64,000 nucleotides of DNA, taken from Cetorhinus maximus. Taxonomy: Eukaryota. The position numbers and the translations under genes were made by a program. The notes under the pieces were generated by a model. That model worked only from the letters and a program-made list of their open reading frames with translations. It had not been told where the DNA came from and did no database searches. Below, one piece after another: positions 36,236-50,418 of the stretch; the first letter of the stretch is position 1; each line of letters begins with the position of its first letter. The stretch is taken from the NCBI RefSeq assembly GCF_964194155.1, contig NC_135916.1, positions 1,178,001-1,242,000 on the forward strand. The letters run 5' to 3'.

Positions 36236-37020
36236 TTATCCACATCAGTTGAAAAGGCAGCATGGGAGGGTACTATTTAAGTTGTGATGGATTGGGAAAT
36301 GTTGAAGTAAAAAGGGAACTGGGTACCCATGCACACCAATCACTGAGAGCAAGCATGCAGGTGCAGGTAGCACTTAAGAAGGCAAATGATATGTTGGCCT
36401 TCATCGTGACATGGTTAATTGCAGGAGCAAGGATGTCTAACTGCAGCTATACAGGGCCTTGGCAAGACCACTCCTGGAGTATTGTGTGCAGTTCTGGTCT
36501 CCTTACCTAAGGGAGGATATATTTATCATAAGAGGAGTGCAGCGAAGATTCACCAGAGTGATCCCTGGGATGGCAGGATTGTCCTCTGAGGAGAGTTTGG
36601 GTCGAGTAGGCCTGTGTTCACTGGAGTTTAAAAGGATGAGAGGGGGTCTCAATGAAAGGTGTAACATTCTGACAGGGCTGGAATGATTGGGTGCAGGGAT
36701 GATGTTTCCTCTGGCTGGGGGTCTAGAACAAGGGGTCACATTCTCAGGATACAGGGTAGATGGTTTAGAACTGAGATGAGGAGAAAGTTCTTCAATCAGA
36801 GGGTGGTAAACCTGTGCAATTCTCTATGATACAAGAGTGTGAAAGCCAAGTCACTGAATATATTTAAGAGCAAAATAGATAGATTTCAAGACTCCAAATG
36901 GACAAGGCTATGATAACAGTGTGGTTGGATGGTGTTGAGATATAGGGTCAGCCATGATTAAATTGAATGGCAGAGCAGGCTCAACAGGGCAAATGACCTA
37001 CTCCTGCTCCTATTTTCTCT
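36236..37020 (+). mobile_element. CR1 3' fragment
   Basis: RPLLEYCVQFWSPYLR..VQRRFTRVIPGM..RMRG; 3' end CCTACTCCTGCTCCTATTT. Confidence 0.85.
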
Positions 37021-37269
37021 CTTTCCATGCCTGATATGTGATAATGGATTTCAGCTGTACCAGTTAGTTCATGTTTGGGATGTGTGTATTTTGTTCTGTA
37101 TTCATATCTCTGTCTTGCAAGTGGTATATTTTGCTCTGTTCCTGATAATTTCTGATGAACTGATCGGTGGTTCTGTTTAGAACCTGTTGATTTCTGCTAT
37201 GTGAATATGGGATTTCCTTTGTCCTTGTCAGTTTATGGCATGAAGGTTTAACTCTGCAGCTAATGCAAA

Positions 37270-37485
37270 TTCCAAATACCGTGAATATTGGAAATCTCAA
37301 GAAGAAAAATCAAAAATGCTGGAAATACTGAGCAGCTCTGGCAAGATTTGTGGAGACAGAAACAAAACTGCCATTTGTTTGAAAACTCCGAACTGATGAA
37401 GCGCCATTGAGCTGAAATGTTTTGTCTTGTTTTTTTCTCCACAGATGCTCCCAAACTCGCTGATTATTCCTCACATTTTCTTTGT
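37270..37485. mobile_element. Palindromic pLTR-derived element with hammerhead-like core
   Basis: Inverted arms; CTGATGA 37393-37399, AGC/GCT stem, GAAA 37414-37417. Confidence 0.6.
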
Positions 37486-39009
37486 TTGTCCCCCATGTAT
37501 GTTATTTCCAGCAAGTTCATCTGGCAGTTTCAAATATTTAATTCTGGCTTCCATTCTGACAATTTGCAATAATTGAATGGAGATTTTGCACTGTACCTCT
37601 CAGTTGTGTGTATCTGTGTTTTCTGTACCTGTCAGTTTCGAGTATGTGAGGATTTATTTGAACTGCAAATTTTATATTGTGCCAAGTCGATGTGCATCCA
37701 TTAGTTTCTCTGAACTTACTGTGTTTTTAATTCTTTACCTGTCTGTGAATGGGGATTCTGCACTGTTCCCTGTTATTTACTCTTGTGTGACTGTATTTTT
37801 CCCAACACACTTATAGTTCCAGCTGGCCTTTACTATGCATATGTCAGTCTCTGTAATGTGAGTGTAGCTATTACTCTGCACTTGCTTGTGCTTGATTTGT
37901 GAGTATATTTTTGAGTATTTTTGCCTGCATCTTAAATGGAATGTGTGTTTTGCTATTAACTCTCATTTGCTAAGATGTGTGTAAGTGGGTGGAACTAATC
38001 CTGTACCTGTACCTCTGTGATATATCAGCGTGATTGTATATCCCCACTAACATTTCAGGGTCACATATGTGAGCATGAAAATGATTTTGTGTCCCTTAGT
38101 TTACTGTAAATGAGTGAGGATTTAATCATTTAATGTCAGTCCTCTGTATGAGAATGTCGGGTTTATTCTGTCCTATTACTGGATAATTGTTATTTTTCTC
38201 TGTCTGCCTGTCATATGTCTTGTCAGTTTTCCTCTGAACCGTCAGGCACCATTATTTGAGCCTGAGTCTGAGGTTGCATTTTCAATTTTATTTGTGATCC
38301 TGACCTTTACTTCCCTGTATCCCTCTGTTTTTGGTATGTGACGAGTAGTTTTATTCAGGACCTTACACATTTGAATTCAGGTTTATGTGTGTTTTTCCTG
38401 TAGCTATCAAAGTCTGTTATTTGAGTAAGAGTGTTCCTCCCTTTTTAACAGTTCAGTTCTGGAAGAATTGGTTTAATTCTGTATCTCTCTGTCTTGAATG
38501 TGCTGTTGATGATACATTATCACTCTCGGTCTCTGTTATGGGAATCCATATTTTTTGTGTTTCTGGCAGTCTCTGCTAGGGGAGAGGTGTTAATATGTTC
38601 CCTGTACTTGGTCAATATTAATTTGGTGAGATAAGGTTTAATATATTTATGTTTTTTGAATTGCATTTTCACTAATATTTCTCATTATCCAGTATAATTT
38701 ATGCATTTTAATTTCATGCCAGTCATTTTCTAGTATTTGAGTGTGATTTCACTTGATATATTTCTGTCTCTTGCATGCGTGCCTTGGTGAAACTTATTTT
38801 CAAGCTGTCAGTGTCTGGTATGTTTTATATTTATATGTCAGCCATTTTTCAGTGAATGTGACTTTTATTTTCTGTGTTTTTAGTGCTTTTACTTTTATAT
38901 ATTTTTGCAAATTAGGTAACTGGAAGAGAATCTTAACCTGCAGTCAATCAGTTGTGTGGCACAATCTTGTTACATTTGACTAAGTGTCTAACGTTTACTG
39001 CACCTTCAA

Positions 39010-40625
39010 CAGAGAAAATAACTGAGCAAACTATTGGGATTAAAGGGTGACAAGTCCCCAGGACCTGATGGCCTAAGTCCCAGTGTCTTAAAGGAAGTGG
39101 CAGTGTAGATAGTGAATGCATTGGCTATAATATTCCAAAATTCCCTGGATTCTGGAAAGGTTCCAGTGGTTAGGAAAGATGCTCACATAACGCCCTTATT
39201 CAAAAAGTGGGGGAGGGAGAAAGTAGGAATCTATAGACCAGTTAGTATAACATATGTCTTTGGGAAATTGTTGGAATCCATTATTAAGGAAGAAGTAATG
39301 GGGCATTTGGAAAGTCAAAATGCAATCCATCAGAGTCAGCATGGTTTTATGAAGAGTAAATCATGTTTGACTAATTTGCTAGATTTCTTTGAAGATGTGA
39401 GAAGCAAAGTGGGTAATGGGGATCCTGTAGATGTTGTATTATCTGGACTTCCAGAAGGCATTTGATAAGGTGCTGCACAAAAGATTAATACGCAAGGTAA
39501 GATCACACAAGGTTAGGGGTAATGTATTAGTTTGCATAGAGGATTGGCTAACCAACAGAAAGCAGAGATTCGGGAAAAATGTGTATTTTTCTGGATGGCA
39601 AGCTGTAACTAGTGGGGTGCCACAGGGTTTGGTCAATGGGCCCCATTTATTTACAATCTATATTATTGATTAGGATTCAGGGATAGAAGGTCCGATAGCT
39701 AAATTTGCAGATGACACCAAAATAGGTGGGAAAGTAAGTTGCAATGAAGAAATAAGAAATTTTCAAATGGATATGGACAGGTTAGCTGAAAGGGCAAATG
39801 GAGTTTAACGTAGGTAAGTGTGAGATTATCCATTTTGGTCGGAAGAATAAAAAGGCGGTTTATATTTAATAGAGAGCAACTGCAGAATGCTTCAGTGCAG
39901 AGGGTTCTGGGTGATCTCGTGCATGAATCGCTAAAAGCTAATATGCAGGTACAGCAGGTAATAAGGAAGGCAAATGGAATTTTGGCATTTATTGATAAAG
40001 GAAAAGTGTATAAAAATAGCCAAGTATTGTTGCAACTGTACAAGGCATTGGTGAGACCGCACCTGGAGTACTGTGCACAGTATTGGTCCCCATTCTTGAG
40101 GACCAATGTACTTGCACTGGAGGCGGTTCAGAGGAGGTTCATTAGATTGATTCCAGAGATGTGGGGCTTGTCTTATGAGGAGAGATTGAGCAGTTTAGGC
40201 CTATACTCGCTAGAGTTTAAAAGGATGAGAGGAGATCTAATTGAGGTATATAAGATTCCAAAAGGAATCGACAAAATAGACGAGGAGTGGTAGATTCCCC
40301 TTGTGAGACACTCTAGAACGAGAGGCTATACTTTTAGGCTAAGGGGTGGTAGATTTAAATCAGTGATGTGGAGCAATTACTTTTCTCAAAAGGTCATGAA
40401 TCTGTGGAATTCACTACCTCAGAGTGCAATGGATGCCGGGACACTGAATAAATTAAAGGAGGAGATAGACAGATTTTTAATTAGTCATGTGTTGAAAGGT
40501 CATGGGGAGAGGGCGGGAAATTGGAGTTGAGGTCGAAATGAGATCAGCCATGATTGTATTGAATGGAGGGGCAGGCTCGAGGGGCTGAATTGCCTACTCC
40601 TGCTCCTAGTTCTTATGTTCTTATG
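39010..40625 (+). mobile_element. CR1 LINE RT-to-3'-end fragment
   Basis: IIFQNSLDSGKVP, QHGF, YLDFQKAFDKV, LVRPHLEYCAQYWSP; ends TCTTATGTTCTTATG. Confidence 0.9.
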
Positions 40626-40767
40626 CATTACCAATGTATATAGTCCTGCTAATTTTCAGCTGCGTATGTTTAAATTACTACCGTAATACCTGCTTCTTAA
40701 CTACCGGGCCAGCATTTAATTACTTAGATGCTGTCAATGTTCCATGTATATACTCACAGATGCTTCT

Positions 40768-40771
40768 TGTG

Positions 40772-40811
<40 letters not shown>

Positions 40812-41090
40812 TATTTGTGTCTGCAGGTGTGAATTTTTGTGAAAATCTGCATGACTGTGTGTGTCGGAGAGAAAGTGCAAGTTTGTTACTGTGTGCATTC
40901 ATTTATGCATGTGTGTGTTTGTGCTTCTGTGTGTGTGAGGGCCTGTGTGTATGTTTGTGTGCATGTGTGTGATTTTTTGTGTGTGTGTGTTTGTGTATGT
41001 GTGCAACAGATGGTGTGCACATTTGTGTATATGTATGTTTGTCTGTGTGTGTTAGTGCAAGAGCCTGCGAGTGTGTGAATGTTTGTGTGG
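40768..41090 (+). repeat. (TG)n microsatellite and TG-rich tract
   Basis: Pure TG run ~40780-40809 followed by degenerate TG repeats. Confidence 0.85.
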
Positions 41091-43358
41091 GAGTGTGCAG
41101 GGCTAATTTCCCATTTGTCTTTCTCTGGTACAGGATGCAGCTTTAGAATTAATTTTAATGAAATTTAAGTGTCTACCCTGTGACCATTACCTATGTTGGA
41201 ATTAATTCCCTAAATCTCAGTTATTATACTGTTTGTGTATCTCAAATTTCTCCTCTGTGTATATAACTCCATTATTATACATGTGAAGGTTTCTTCTGTA
41301 CATAACATGTATCACATTCATGTTTCTGAAAACTATTTCTCCAATGCATTAATCTATTACTGTTTCCTAGCTCTGTTGCAGATTTTAAAATGAAACTTTG
41401 CATTTATCAAAGACCGGTGTTATTCTTTTATTTCATGTGAACTAAGGTATAGCATTCAGGCTGCAACTCGGCAAAAGTATTTGTGAATGATAATGAGACG
41501 CTTGAACTCACATGCTGTGTATGTCATATCTGATTGATTCAGTGTGTAATGATCTTACGTTATGAATCATAGTGAGAATATTAAACCGGCATGTGTTGTG
41601 TATCCATGACGTATTAATTAAAATTACACTTTCTCTTTATTTTAGATATAGTATGAGATCTTTGGAGGGGGGTTTAATGTGTTCCTCTGTGAGAACCTAT
41701 GTACATTCTACAGAATAATTTTGTACATTTCAGTCTGTTGCACTATCTGTAGCTAAGACTGCACTCTTCTGAAATGAATGAGGTGCCTTTCAATCTGATA
41801 GTATTTGTGGTTTTGGACTGTGATTGATGGACCTACCTTTCTGCGGTGCTTAGTGAGTGTGAATTGGGGAGAAATATTCTGTCTCCCCTGTTGTATTTGA
41901 CTGTTGCGTTGAACACGTCTATCTGAAACTTGAGATCAATGTGAATCTGATTCCTGCTCTCAGTGATGGTGGAACTGCTGCTCTGTCTGTGCTTTGAACA
42001 ATAATGTACCTATGCCTACTCGAAGCATAGAGCTGCATGATTATTTAAGATGGGAAATCTATAGCTTGGCATTGGGGCTCAAAGAGAAATGGTGGCCCAA
42101 TGTTATATAATTTTGAGATTGCAGGTAAATGTGTGTCTGTGCATGTGTGTATGTGTGTGTGTGTGTGTGCGTGTACATTTACCTGCCGGTCTTTAGTATG
42201 GGAGAAATTTATTTCTTCTCCACTATTTATATTCCACTATGTGAATGTGGGATCACACTGTATCTTTCACTTTTTAACATCTTACTATGGCGTTTATTTC
42301 TTTCCTGCCTGTGAATGGGGATTCCAAAATGCACCTAGTTATTTGTTGCTGTGTGACTGTCTGATTTGTTTTATGAATGTTTGTAATTGATTCTGGGCTT
42401 TACTCTGGATCATTGACTCTCTGTAATGCATTTGTGGCTATTATTCAGCACCTGTCAGTGCCTGATTTGTGAGTAAGCATCTTACTTTCACTGTTTCTGA
42501 CATGTAATGCATATTTTTACTCATTGCCTCTTAGTTACAGGTATGTGGATTTGCATTTTATGTTCTGTATCTGCAATACTGTGAAATGTCAGTGTGATTC
42601 ATTTTCCTGTTCTTTGTGTCAGGATCAGAAATGTGAGCATGGAAAAATTTGCTGAAACTCAGGTTATTTCAAATGAGTGAGACTTTACTCATTTGCTGTC
42701 AATCCCTGGTATGAGAAGGTATGGTTTAGTCTATGCCCATCATATTCTTGTGTGTGAGTATTGTCTTTTCCCATGGTCTGCATGTACCTTGTAGGTCATT
42801 GTCGATTTTGCTGTGAACTTGTCAGCCTGTATTACTTAAGTGTGATATTCACATTGCAGCTTTCAATTTAGTGTGTGAGCAAGGACCTCCCCCCACACTA
42901 ACATCCCCCGCACTACCCCTGACTGTATCTCTTGGTCTTTCATACAGGCTGTTATGTTTTAGTCAGCAACTTATGGGTTTTGATGCATTTTCAGGTCTGA
43001 CATTACTGTAGCTATCAACATCTGATTTCTCGGTACCCAACCTCTTCATATTTTGAAAAGTCTGTCATTGAAAAATTGATTATATTCAACACCTCTCTAT
43101 CTCTGGTATGTGTCTGTGGTTTTATTATGTAAGTGTCTGCCCCTCTTACAGGAAGGTAACTTTCTTCTGTATCTGTCAGTCCCTCCTATGAGAGTGGTGT
43201 TATGTTATTCACTGTACTTGTCAATATCTGCTTTGTGAGTTAAGTTTTAAACTTTCTTGTTTGTAGTGATCTGTCGATATAACTATTCTGAAAATATTGC
43301 TCTGGCATGTGATGTGTATGCGCGTCTGTATTAATGAATAAGTACTTTATCATTACCA

Positions 43359-43950
43359 GGAGCAGGTGATGGTGTAGTTGTATTGTCATTGGACTAATAA
43401 TCTGGACAGCCAGGGTAGTGCTCTGGGTTCAAACCCTGACACTGCAGATTTTGGAATTTAAAATCAATAAAAATATGAATCGAATTAATGATCACCACGA
43501 AACCATTGTCGATTGTGGTAAAAACCCTTCTGGTTTACTAATATTCTTTAGAGAATGAAATCTGTCGTCCATGTACATGTGACTCTACACCCACCATTAA
43601 ATGCCCTCTAAAATGGCCTAGCTAGCCACTCAATTGTAACAAATGGCAACAAAAAGATCATCGACAAAGGCAATCTCAGCCCTGTTGATCCTGAGGGACA
43701 AGGGCAGCAGATCGATGAGAACACCACCACCTGGAAATTCCCCTCCAAGTGCCTCACCATTCTGAGATGGAACTATGCTGTCATTGCTGGGTCAAAAACC
43801 TGAAACTCCATTCCTAACAGCACTGTGGGTGTATCAACACCACAGGGACTGTAGCGGCTCAAGAAAGCAGCTTGTAAACCAACTTCTCAAGGGCAACTAA
43901 ATGCTGTCCCAGCCAGCGAAGCAAACAACTCAAGGATGAATAAAATAAAT
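43359..43950 (+). mobile_element. tRNA-derived SINE (diverged)
   Basis: A-box-like TGGTGTAGTTG, B-box-like GGTTCAAACCC, and same core and tail as 59041-59665. Confidence 0.7.
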
Positions 43951-44884
43951 GTATGATACTGTGTGGGATCTTTGGTGTTGAGTCTATTGCATTGCTTTAT
44001 GAATGCTGGGTACATTCAAGGATTAATTCATTGAATTTCAATCAGCTTTATTTCCTGATATTTAAATTACAGCCAATGTTCCATTCTTGTGACATGCATG
44101 GAGTGAGCTTCAATTTGATATTGGTTGTGAGTTTGGACTGAAATTGGTGGACCTGCCATTCAGAGGTACTGAGTAGGAGTGTATTGTGATTATTCCAACC
44201 ATCTCCCCAACCCCCGCCTCCCTTCTGAGCGTTTGACTATTGGATTGAGCACATGTATCTGGTATGAATTCCATTTGATTCTGACTATTTCTGTCCGTGG
44301 TGACGGTGGAAATGATGTTCTGTCTGTATCTCTGCACTCTGTGAGTAATATCATACCTGCTGTCAGTAACAATGAGATGGCTGCACTTTTATTTTGGTTG
44401 GGAAATCAACAGCTTGAAACCGATCCCTTCATGTATTTGCCTAGAGGAAGAAACATATCTCTTGAAAGTCAAGATCAGCTGAGGCTTTGAAAGAAAATAG
44501 ATCAACGTAACCTGGCAACTGATAATCAATTTTTATAATGCTCTACAAATCGTAAAGGACAATAAAGAAGTACAGTCCCTGATTCCACTTCAGCACCCTG
44601 CTTCGGTACTTTTCAAACATTTGAGTAACATTCAGAAACAGTCCTGTCCTGTCCTCCTCCAAGGATGTCACTACCCGAGGGGACAGGTACATTGGTGCAG
44701 GTCAGGTTTCAATTTCCAGCTCCCATTGTAAGAGCCGTCAACAAAAACCAACAGCCGCTGCGACAATGTTTCTTTAACACTTATCACTTGAAAAGCTGGT
44801 GCCTGCGATGGGTGATATTTACATGATTGTTCCCCATCCTCACTGTCCGCCTGTTTCCACTGTTCACTGTCCAAATGCCGACAA

Positions 44885-45362
44885 GTTGCATGAATCAGCA
44901 GCTATACTTGGAATATGCATTACAGGTTTGAGGGGAGAAAATCCCAATAGTTTTCAATTGCAGCTTGCTCAGGTTCTGTCTCCCTCAGCAGGGCCACACA
45001 CAGCCCCAGAAAGGCCTCTCCCCGTCCACCCGCTCACTCCAAGTTCCGGAACACGTTCCCGCTCCGCTCCGCCTCTTACAAACAGTCCCCGGTTCCCCCT
45101 GAACTTACCCCGAGTCAATGATGATTTCTGTGTCCACACTGACAAACCGGGGCCCTGCTGGAATCAGAACGCTGTTTACTCGCTTACCCGGGCCCTAAGA
45201 TTTCCATTTCTATCTGTTTGAAACAAAGGTCTCCCGCTCACTGAATGAAAAACTTCAATGGCGGAGTCTGGGAGAAGGGCAGCGCATGCGCTCTTCTAGT
45301 CAGGTCTGAGGAGTTGAATGAGGGCAGCAATGCGCATGCGCTTCTCTGGAATTTTACGTCAC
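44885..45362 (-). other. Conserved ~350-bp element plus NRF1 pair (unit 3)
   Basis: Matches 1195-1560; micro-ORF 45184-45207; GCGCATGCGC at 45282 and 45332; ACGTCA 45356. Confidence 0.6.
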
Positions 45363-45519
45363 AGAATCAACATCATTTGCTCCTCCCCTCAGTCAATGTT
45401 CTCCAGCTTGAGCATCACAACTGGGGCTGTGTGGAACGTTTCATCTAAGGCAGCATCCTGGTTATCTGAATATCCCTGGTCACCCTTGGTTCTCTGGGCT
45501 CGTTACTCCTTCCTCCTTC

Positions 45520-45743
45520 CTTTCTATTAATTTTCCGTAGATTGTAAATTCAGAAAAAAACATCTAACACTCTGAGACATGGGAGCCGCAGACTGTCTGA
45601 TTCGCAGATTCCGTGGAGGAACCAATCACATGTGATTTCAGGCTATTATCTGAATAGCTCACATCAAGATGTTTATTCCAGGTGACAATATCAATTATCT
45701 GCTCCCGTTCCCTCCGGATCTCCCTGTTTATGTTGCTCCTCTT
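45520..45743 (-). repeat. Inverted duplicate of 47322-47547
   Basis: About 225 bp reverse-complement match with few mismatches. Confidence 0.9.
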
Positions 45744-45959
45744 GGAGCCATTTACTAGCAAAAATTTGCCATGGTGATTGACTTGATTTGGGGGTATGAG
45801 CATTTTTATGGGCAGGGTCAGTTTTCAGCATGATGTTATTTAAATGAGGGCAAAAGTTTGTGGTAAAACACAATTTACGCTTGAAATTCCTTGGTCATTT
45901 GTACTGAATTGGGTGAATTGTGTTGGAAATAGCAGTGAAAGTGAGTGAGGAGAATGCTG

Positions 45960-46940
45960 AGGCAGCTTGGAGAGGACATGTTGAGCCTGTACCGGCCCCA
46001 TTTCAATTTTGAACACCCCCCATAGTCCCTCTGTATGTTTCACCACAAACAGGTCTTCCAAGTCTAAATTGGCCATTTCCTGCCTCATTTCACTAAAATC
46101 CACTCTCAACCAATCCAAAACATTTTTATTTGCAACTTGTCGATTTCTTTGTCCATAACAAACTTAATCTGTACCGTGTTGTATTTGCTATCGCTAAAAT
46201 ACTCACCCACCGTCACCTCAGCCACCTGTCCGGCTTCATTCCCCCGAATTAGGTCCAGCCATGCACCTTCCCTTTTTGGACTCCCGACATATTGACCTAA
46301 AAAGTTCTCCTGTACACATTTCAAAAAATCCACTACGTCCGAGCCCTTAACACTATTTATATCCCAATTAATGTTGGGAAAGTTGGAATCACCTGATATA
46401 ATTACCCTATTGCTATTCTTTTTACACAACTCCACAAACAGTGCACATAGTTGCCCCTCAATTTACCGCTGACTACCTGGGGGTCTATAATTAAAACCTA
46501 ATAACGTGGTTGCCCACTTTTTATTTCTTAGCTCAACCCACAAAGTTTCATTTGATGCATCGTTACTGCAGTAACTGACTCCTTAATTAATAATTCTAAG
46601 CCTCCTCCTCTTTTACCCCCTCCGTTGTCTCACCTGAAATTTCAACATCACGGAATATTGAGCTGCCAATCCTGCCCTTCCCTCAACCACGTCTCAGTGA
46701 TAGCTACTACACCACAATTCCAAGGGTTGCAATCCACACCCTCAACTCATCCGTTTTATCTGCAATACTCCTGGCACTTAAGTTGAGGCCATCCAGCCTT
46801 GCCTTACTCCCTTGAAGCTTATTGCAGCTGTACTTCGTCGCTCATGGTTCTTCTACTGGCTTATGATGTGTCCCCATTCTGCTAAAATTCTGTGTCCCCT
46901 CCCCCTGCCGAATTAGTTTAAACTCCTCCCAACAGCACTA
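45960..46940 (-). mobile_element. CR1 ORF2 endonuclease fragment
   Basis: Minus ORF RVIISGDSNFPNINWD..FLKCVQENFLGQYV..LDLI. Confidence 0.8.
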
Positions 46941-47685
46941 GCCTATCGGTGTGTGTGCCTTTCTGTCTCTGCCTCAATCTCCCTCTATCTATCTCTCTCT
47001 CACTCACTATTGATTCTTCTCTTTCCTTGCTCTCTTGCTCCCTTTCACACCCACATCTCTCTACTTCTGGTGCTGTGAATGTTACTGATGCTGTTACCCA
47101 TCCTCCATTGATATGCGTGACACCGTTAGTGTTCATCCTCTCAGAAATTCAGCTCTGAAATTTCATTTGATTATCTCTAATAAAAAATCGAAGTGTGTTT
47201 TGAAAATCTCTGTCACTGCCAGGAATGTGACAATCCGCGAATGCGCGTTAACATATAACTGGCCTGCTCTGGTTGTTGAGGTAGGGGTACATTGCAAACT
47301 GTGAAATTGTGACCTGTCAGTTCAAGAGGAGCAACATAAACAGGGAGATCCGGAGGGACCGGGAGCAGATAATTTATATTGTCACCTGGAATAAACATCT
47401 TGATGTGAGCTATTCAGATAATAGCCTGAAATCACATATGATTGGTTCCTTTACGGAATCTGCGAATCAGACAGTCTGCGGCTCCCATGTCTCAGAGTGT
47501 TAGATGTTTTTTTCTGAATTTACAATCTACGGAAAATTAATAGAAAGACGAGCAAAGTTCGAAAAGAGGGGCAATTCTGTCCTGAGACCCTTACATTTGA
47601 TACTAGTTTCAGCCTGTGAAGGTGCAGATGTGAACATTGTGTAAGGGAGCGTTGGAAATGGGCGGGCGAGTCAAAGGAATGAAAC

Positions 47686-48100
47686 TGTGTTTGTGTGTCC
47701 GTGCTGATCATGAGGTTTCCGAGACCCGCTTGCCTAAAATAAAAATATTTCCCTTTCAAAAATTCCACCTGTTCCCCAGCTTAACCCCGAAGTGAGATTT
47801 CAAGAGCATTTCTGAGTTGTTTTCTAGATTTCAGTCTAAGAGTAGAGGACATGTCAGAGATCGGGTGAAGGAGCCGCAGTAAATCAGGTTTAAATCGAAA
47901 CTGGAGCCTTCAATTCGCGTGAAATATTTTCGACAGCAAACATTACAATGTCAGAGATAAGATGGATTTAGTCTGGGACACTGGAGAGCCGGAATTTCCA
48001 TGGAATTGGGGAGTTTGTGAGGAGAGAAAAACACAGAGAGGCAGCAGCAGCCTGGAGCTGACAGCAGCCTGTCTCCGCCCCGTCCGCTCGCTGCCTTTAA
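47686..48100 (+). promoter_or_regulatory. H1 promoter (unit 3)
   Basis: TGTGTTT 47686, AAACACA 48029, GC box, TTTAAG. Confidence 0.7.
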
Positions 48101-48181
48101 GTTGCTCAGTGCCGCCACCAGCGGCTTCATTTCTGAGCCCGTTCACATTGACAGAGACACTTTTGTGCAGAGTCCCGGAAC

Positions 48182-48835
48182 ATGACCGATACTGCAGCCG
48201 CCGAAACGGCTCCTCCAGCCGCTCCCGCCGCACAGGTCAAGTCTCCCAAGAAGAAGAAGAAGGCGGCTCCCCGGAGCAGTGCAGCCGGTCCCAAGCTGGG
48301 CGAGCAGATCCTCAAGGTTGTGGCGGATTGCAGCGATCGCAAGGGGATGTCGCTGCCCGCGATCAAGAAGGCGCTGCGCGGCAAAGGGCTGGATGTGGAG
48401 AAACTCGGCTCCCAGATCAAGCAAAGCATCAAGAGGAATGTGAAGAATGGCTTCCTGGTTCAGGTCAAGGGCACGGGCGCCTCGGGCTCCTTCAAAGTCC
48501 CTAAGAACACAACCCCGGGGAAAGTGGGAAAGAAGGCGAAGGCAGCAGCTGGTAAGAAATCTCCAGTGAAGAAAGCGGCAGCCAAGAAGGTGACAGCAAA
48601 GAAAGCAACGGCCAAGAAAACAGTCAAGAAAGCAACGGCCAAGAAGACTCCAGTCAAGAAAGCAGCGGCCAAGAAATCCCCAGCGAAGAAAGCAGCGGCC
48701 AAGAAAACAGCCAAGAAGGCGGCAACTCCCAAAAAGCCGGTGAAAAAAGCAGCCCCCAAGAAAAAGTCTCCGGCCAAGAAGGTGACGGGCGTCAAAAAAG
48801 TGGCGAAAGGGAGGGCCAAGCCCAAAGGGAGATAA
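48182..48835 (+). CDS. H1: Histone H1 (217 aa, intact)
   Basis: Complete ORF; stem-loop 48893-48908 and AAAGAGTTG HDE. Confidence 0.97.
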   Translation: MTDTAAAETAPPAAPAAQVKSPKKKKKAAPRSSAAGPKLGEQILKVVADCSDRKGMSLPAIKKALRGKGLDVEKLGSQIKQSIKRNVKNGFLVQVKGTGASGSFKVPKNTTPGKVGKKAKAAAGKKSPVKKAAAKKVTAKKATAKKTVKKATAKKTPVKKAAAKKSPAKKAAAKKTAKKAATPKKPVKKAAPKKKSPAKKVTGVKKVAKGRAKPKGR

Positions 48836-49727
48836 GCAAAGACAGGAAAGAATGGAAAGATCCCGAGTAAATTGTAAACCTCTGAACCCAAAGGCTCTTT
48901 TCAGAGCCACCCACATTTCACATGAAAGAGTTGATCCCCTAATCATTTGATCTCTGTCTCCGCGCTGCGAGCAGTTTTCAGATGGAAATGTTTCTTTATC
49001 CTTCCACTTAAATCCTATTTTCCCGCTCAGTCACTGACACACTCTCCACCCGTCCCCTCCCGCACTGTGCAATAAGACACAGGGATATCCTTACAGCTCC
49101 CTAACCGGGATGTGTCCCAGTGCATTCAAAGTTTATCTTTTCTTTATTCACATTTTCAAGGTGAGAGTCTGCAATGGAGTGAGCATCGCTCAAATGTCCC
49201 GTCTCACAACTAAGGCCCATACCTGTTGTTTCTATAATTCTGTTGGAAGAGATGTTAGGGAATTTCTCAATCCCTTTTGGCAGCCTGGAGGGGAGGGTTC
49301 GGGGGCGAGTCTAGAGTTGTGTTGGTATAGAATAGGAGAGGGATTGAAATAGATGCAAACATTTGACTCTTGATTGAAATGCAGTATCGAGGGGGGAATA
49401 TTACTGAGAGGATTGGATTTAATAAATTCGATTTTCAAAATAGCTGGTTTATGATGTTGAAATATTTCAGTTACGTTTAAAGTTTTCTGTTCAGCTCTCT
49501 TCAGAATTTGATAACTAAATGTATTTCGGGCAGGCAGGAGGAGGGACTGTCTGACCAGAGACATTGCCCTGACTGTCACTCAGGCTGTCTCGCCCCGCCT
49601 CTGACACACACACACACACACACTCTCTCTCTCTCTCTCTCTCTCCCTTCCTCAGTCAGGTTGGGGCGGGCTGTATAAAAGCGGAACTTGAAGCAGCTCC
49701 CCACTCATTCAGCAGCGATTTGACTGA

Positions 49728-50048
<321 letters not shown>

Positions 50049-50418
50049 ACAAATCGACCCGACTCTCTAACAAAACCCAAAGGCTCTTCTAAGAGCCGCC
50101 CACAACCTCACATTGAGAGCAGTGACCTCAGAGCGGGAGAGGGAAAGCGAGATGTAGTTCATAAAAACATCTTTTTCATCTGCGCATTCTCCATTTGGTA
50201 TTCTATAGTGAGTTACACAAGGTTTCATGGTTTAATTTCGTTCGGTTTTCAGGAATTCACTTCCTTTCAACCTCCAGAAACCCGATTCCCAGCCTGGCTG
50301 AGGAACACGACAGATTCCAAACTAACACCGAGTTCACAAGATAAAGGCCATCATTTCTGACACTTTAATCAGGAGTAACTATTTTGGGACCCATCATTCT
50401 CGCTTCATCGCCCCATTA

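Larger units (their letters stand above)
32340..43350 (+). repeat. Cryptic ~40-41-bp degenerate array (unit 2 spacer), interrupted by LINEs, microsatellites and a gap
   Basis: Units visible near 35325-35410, 37830-37910 and 38080-38170. Confidence 0.55.
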
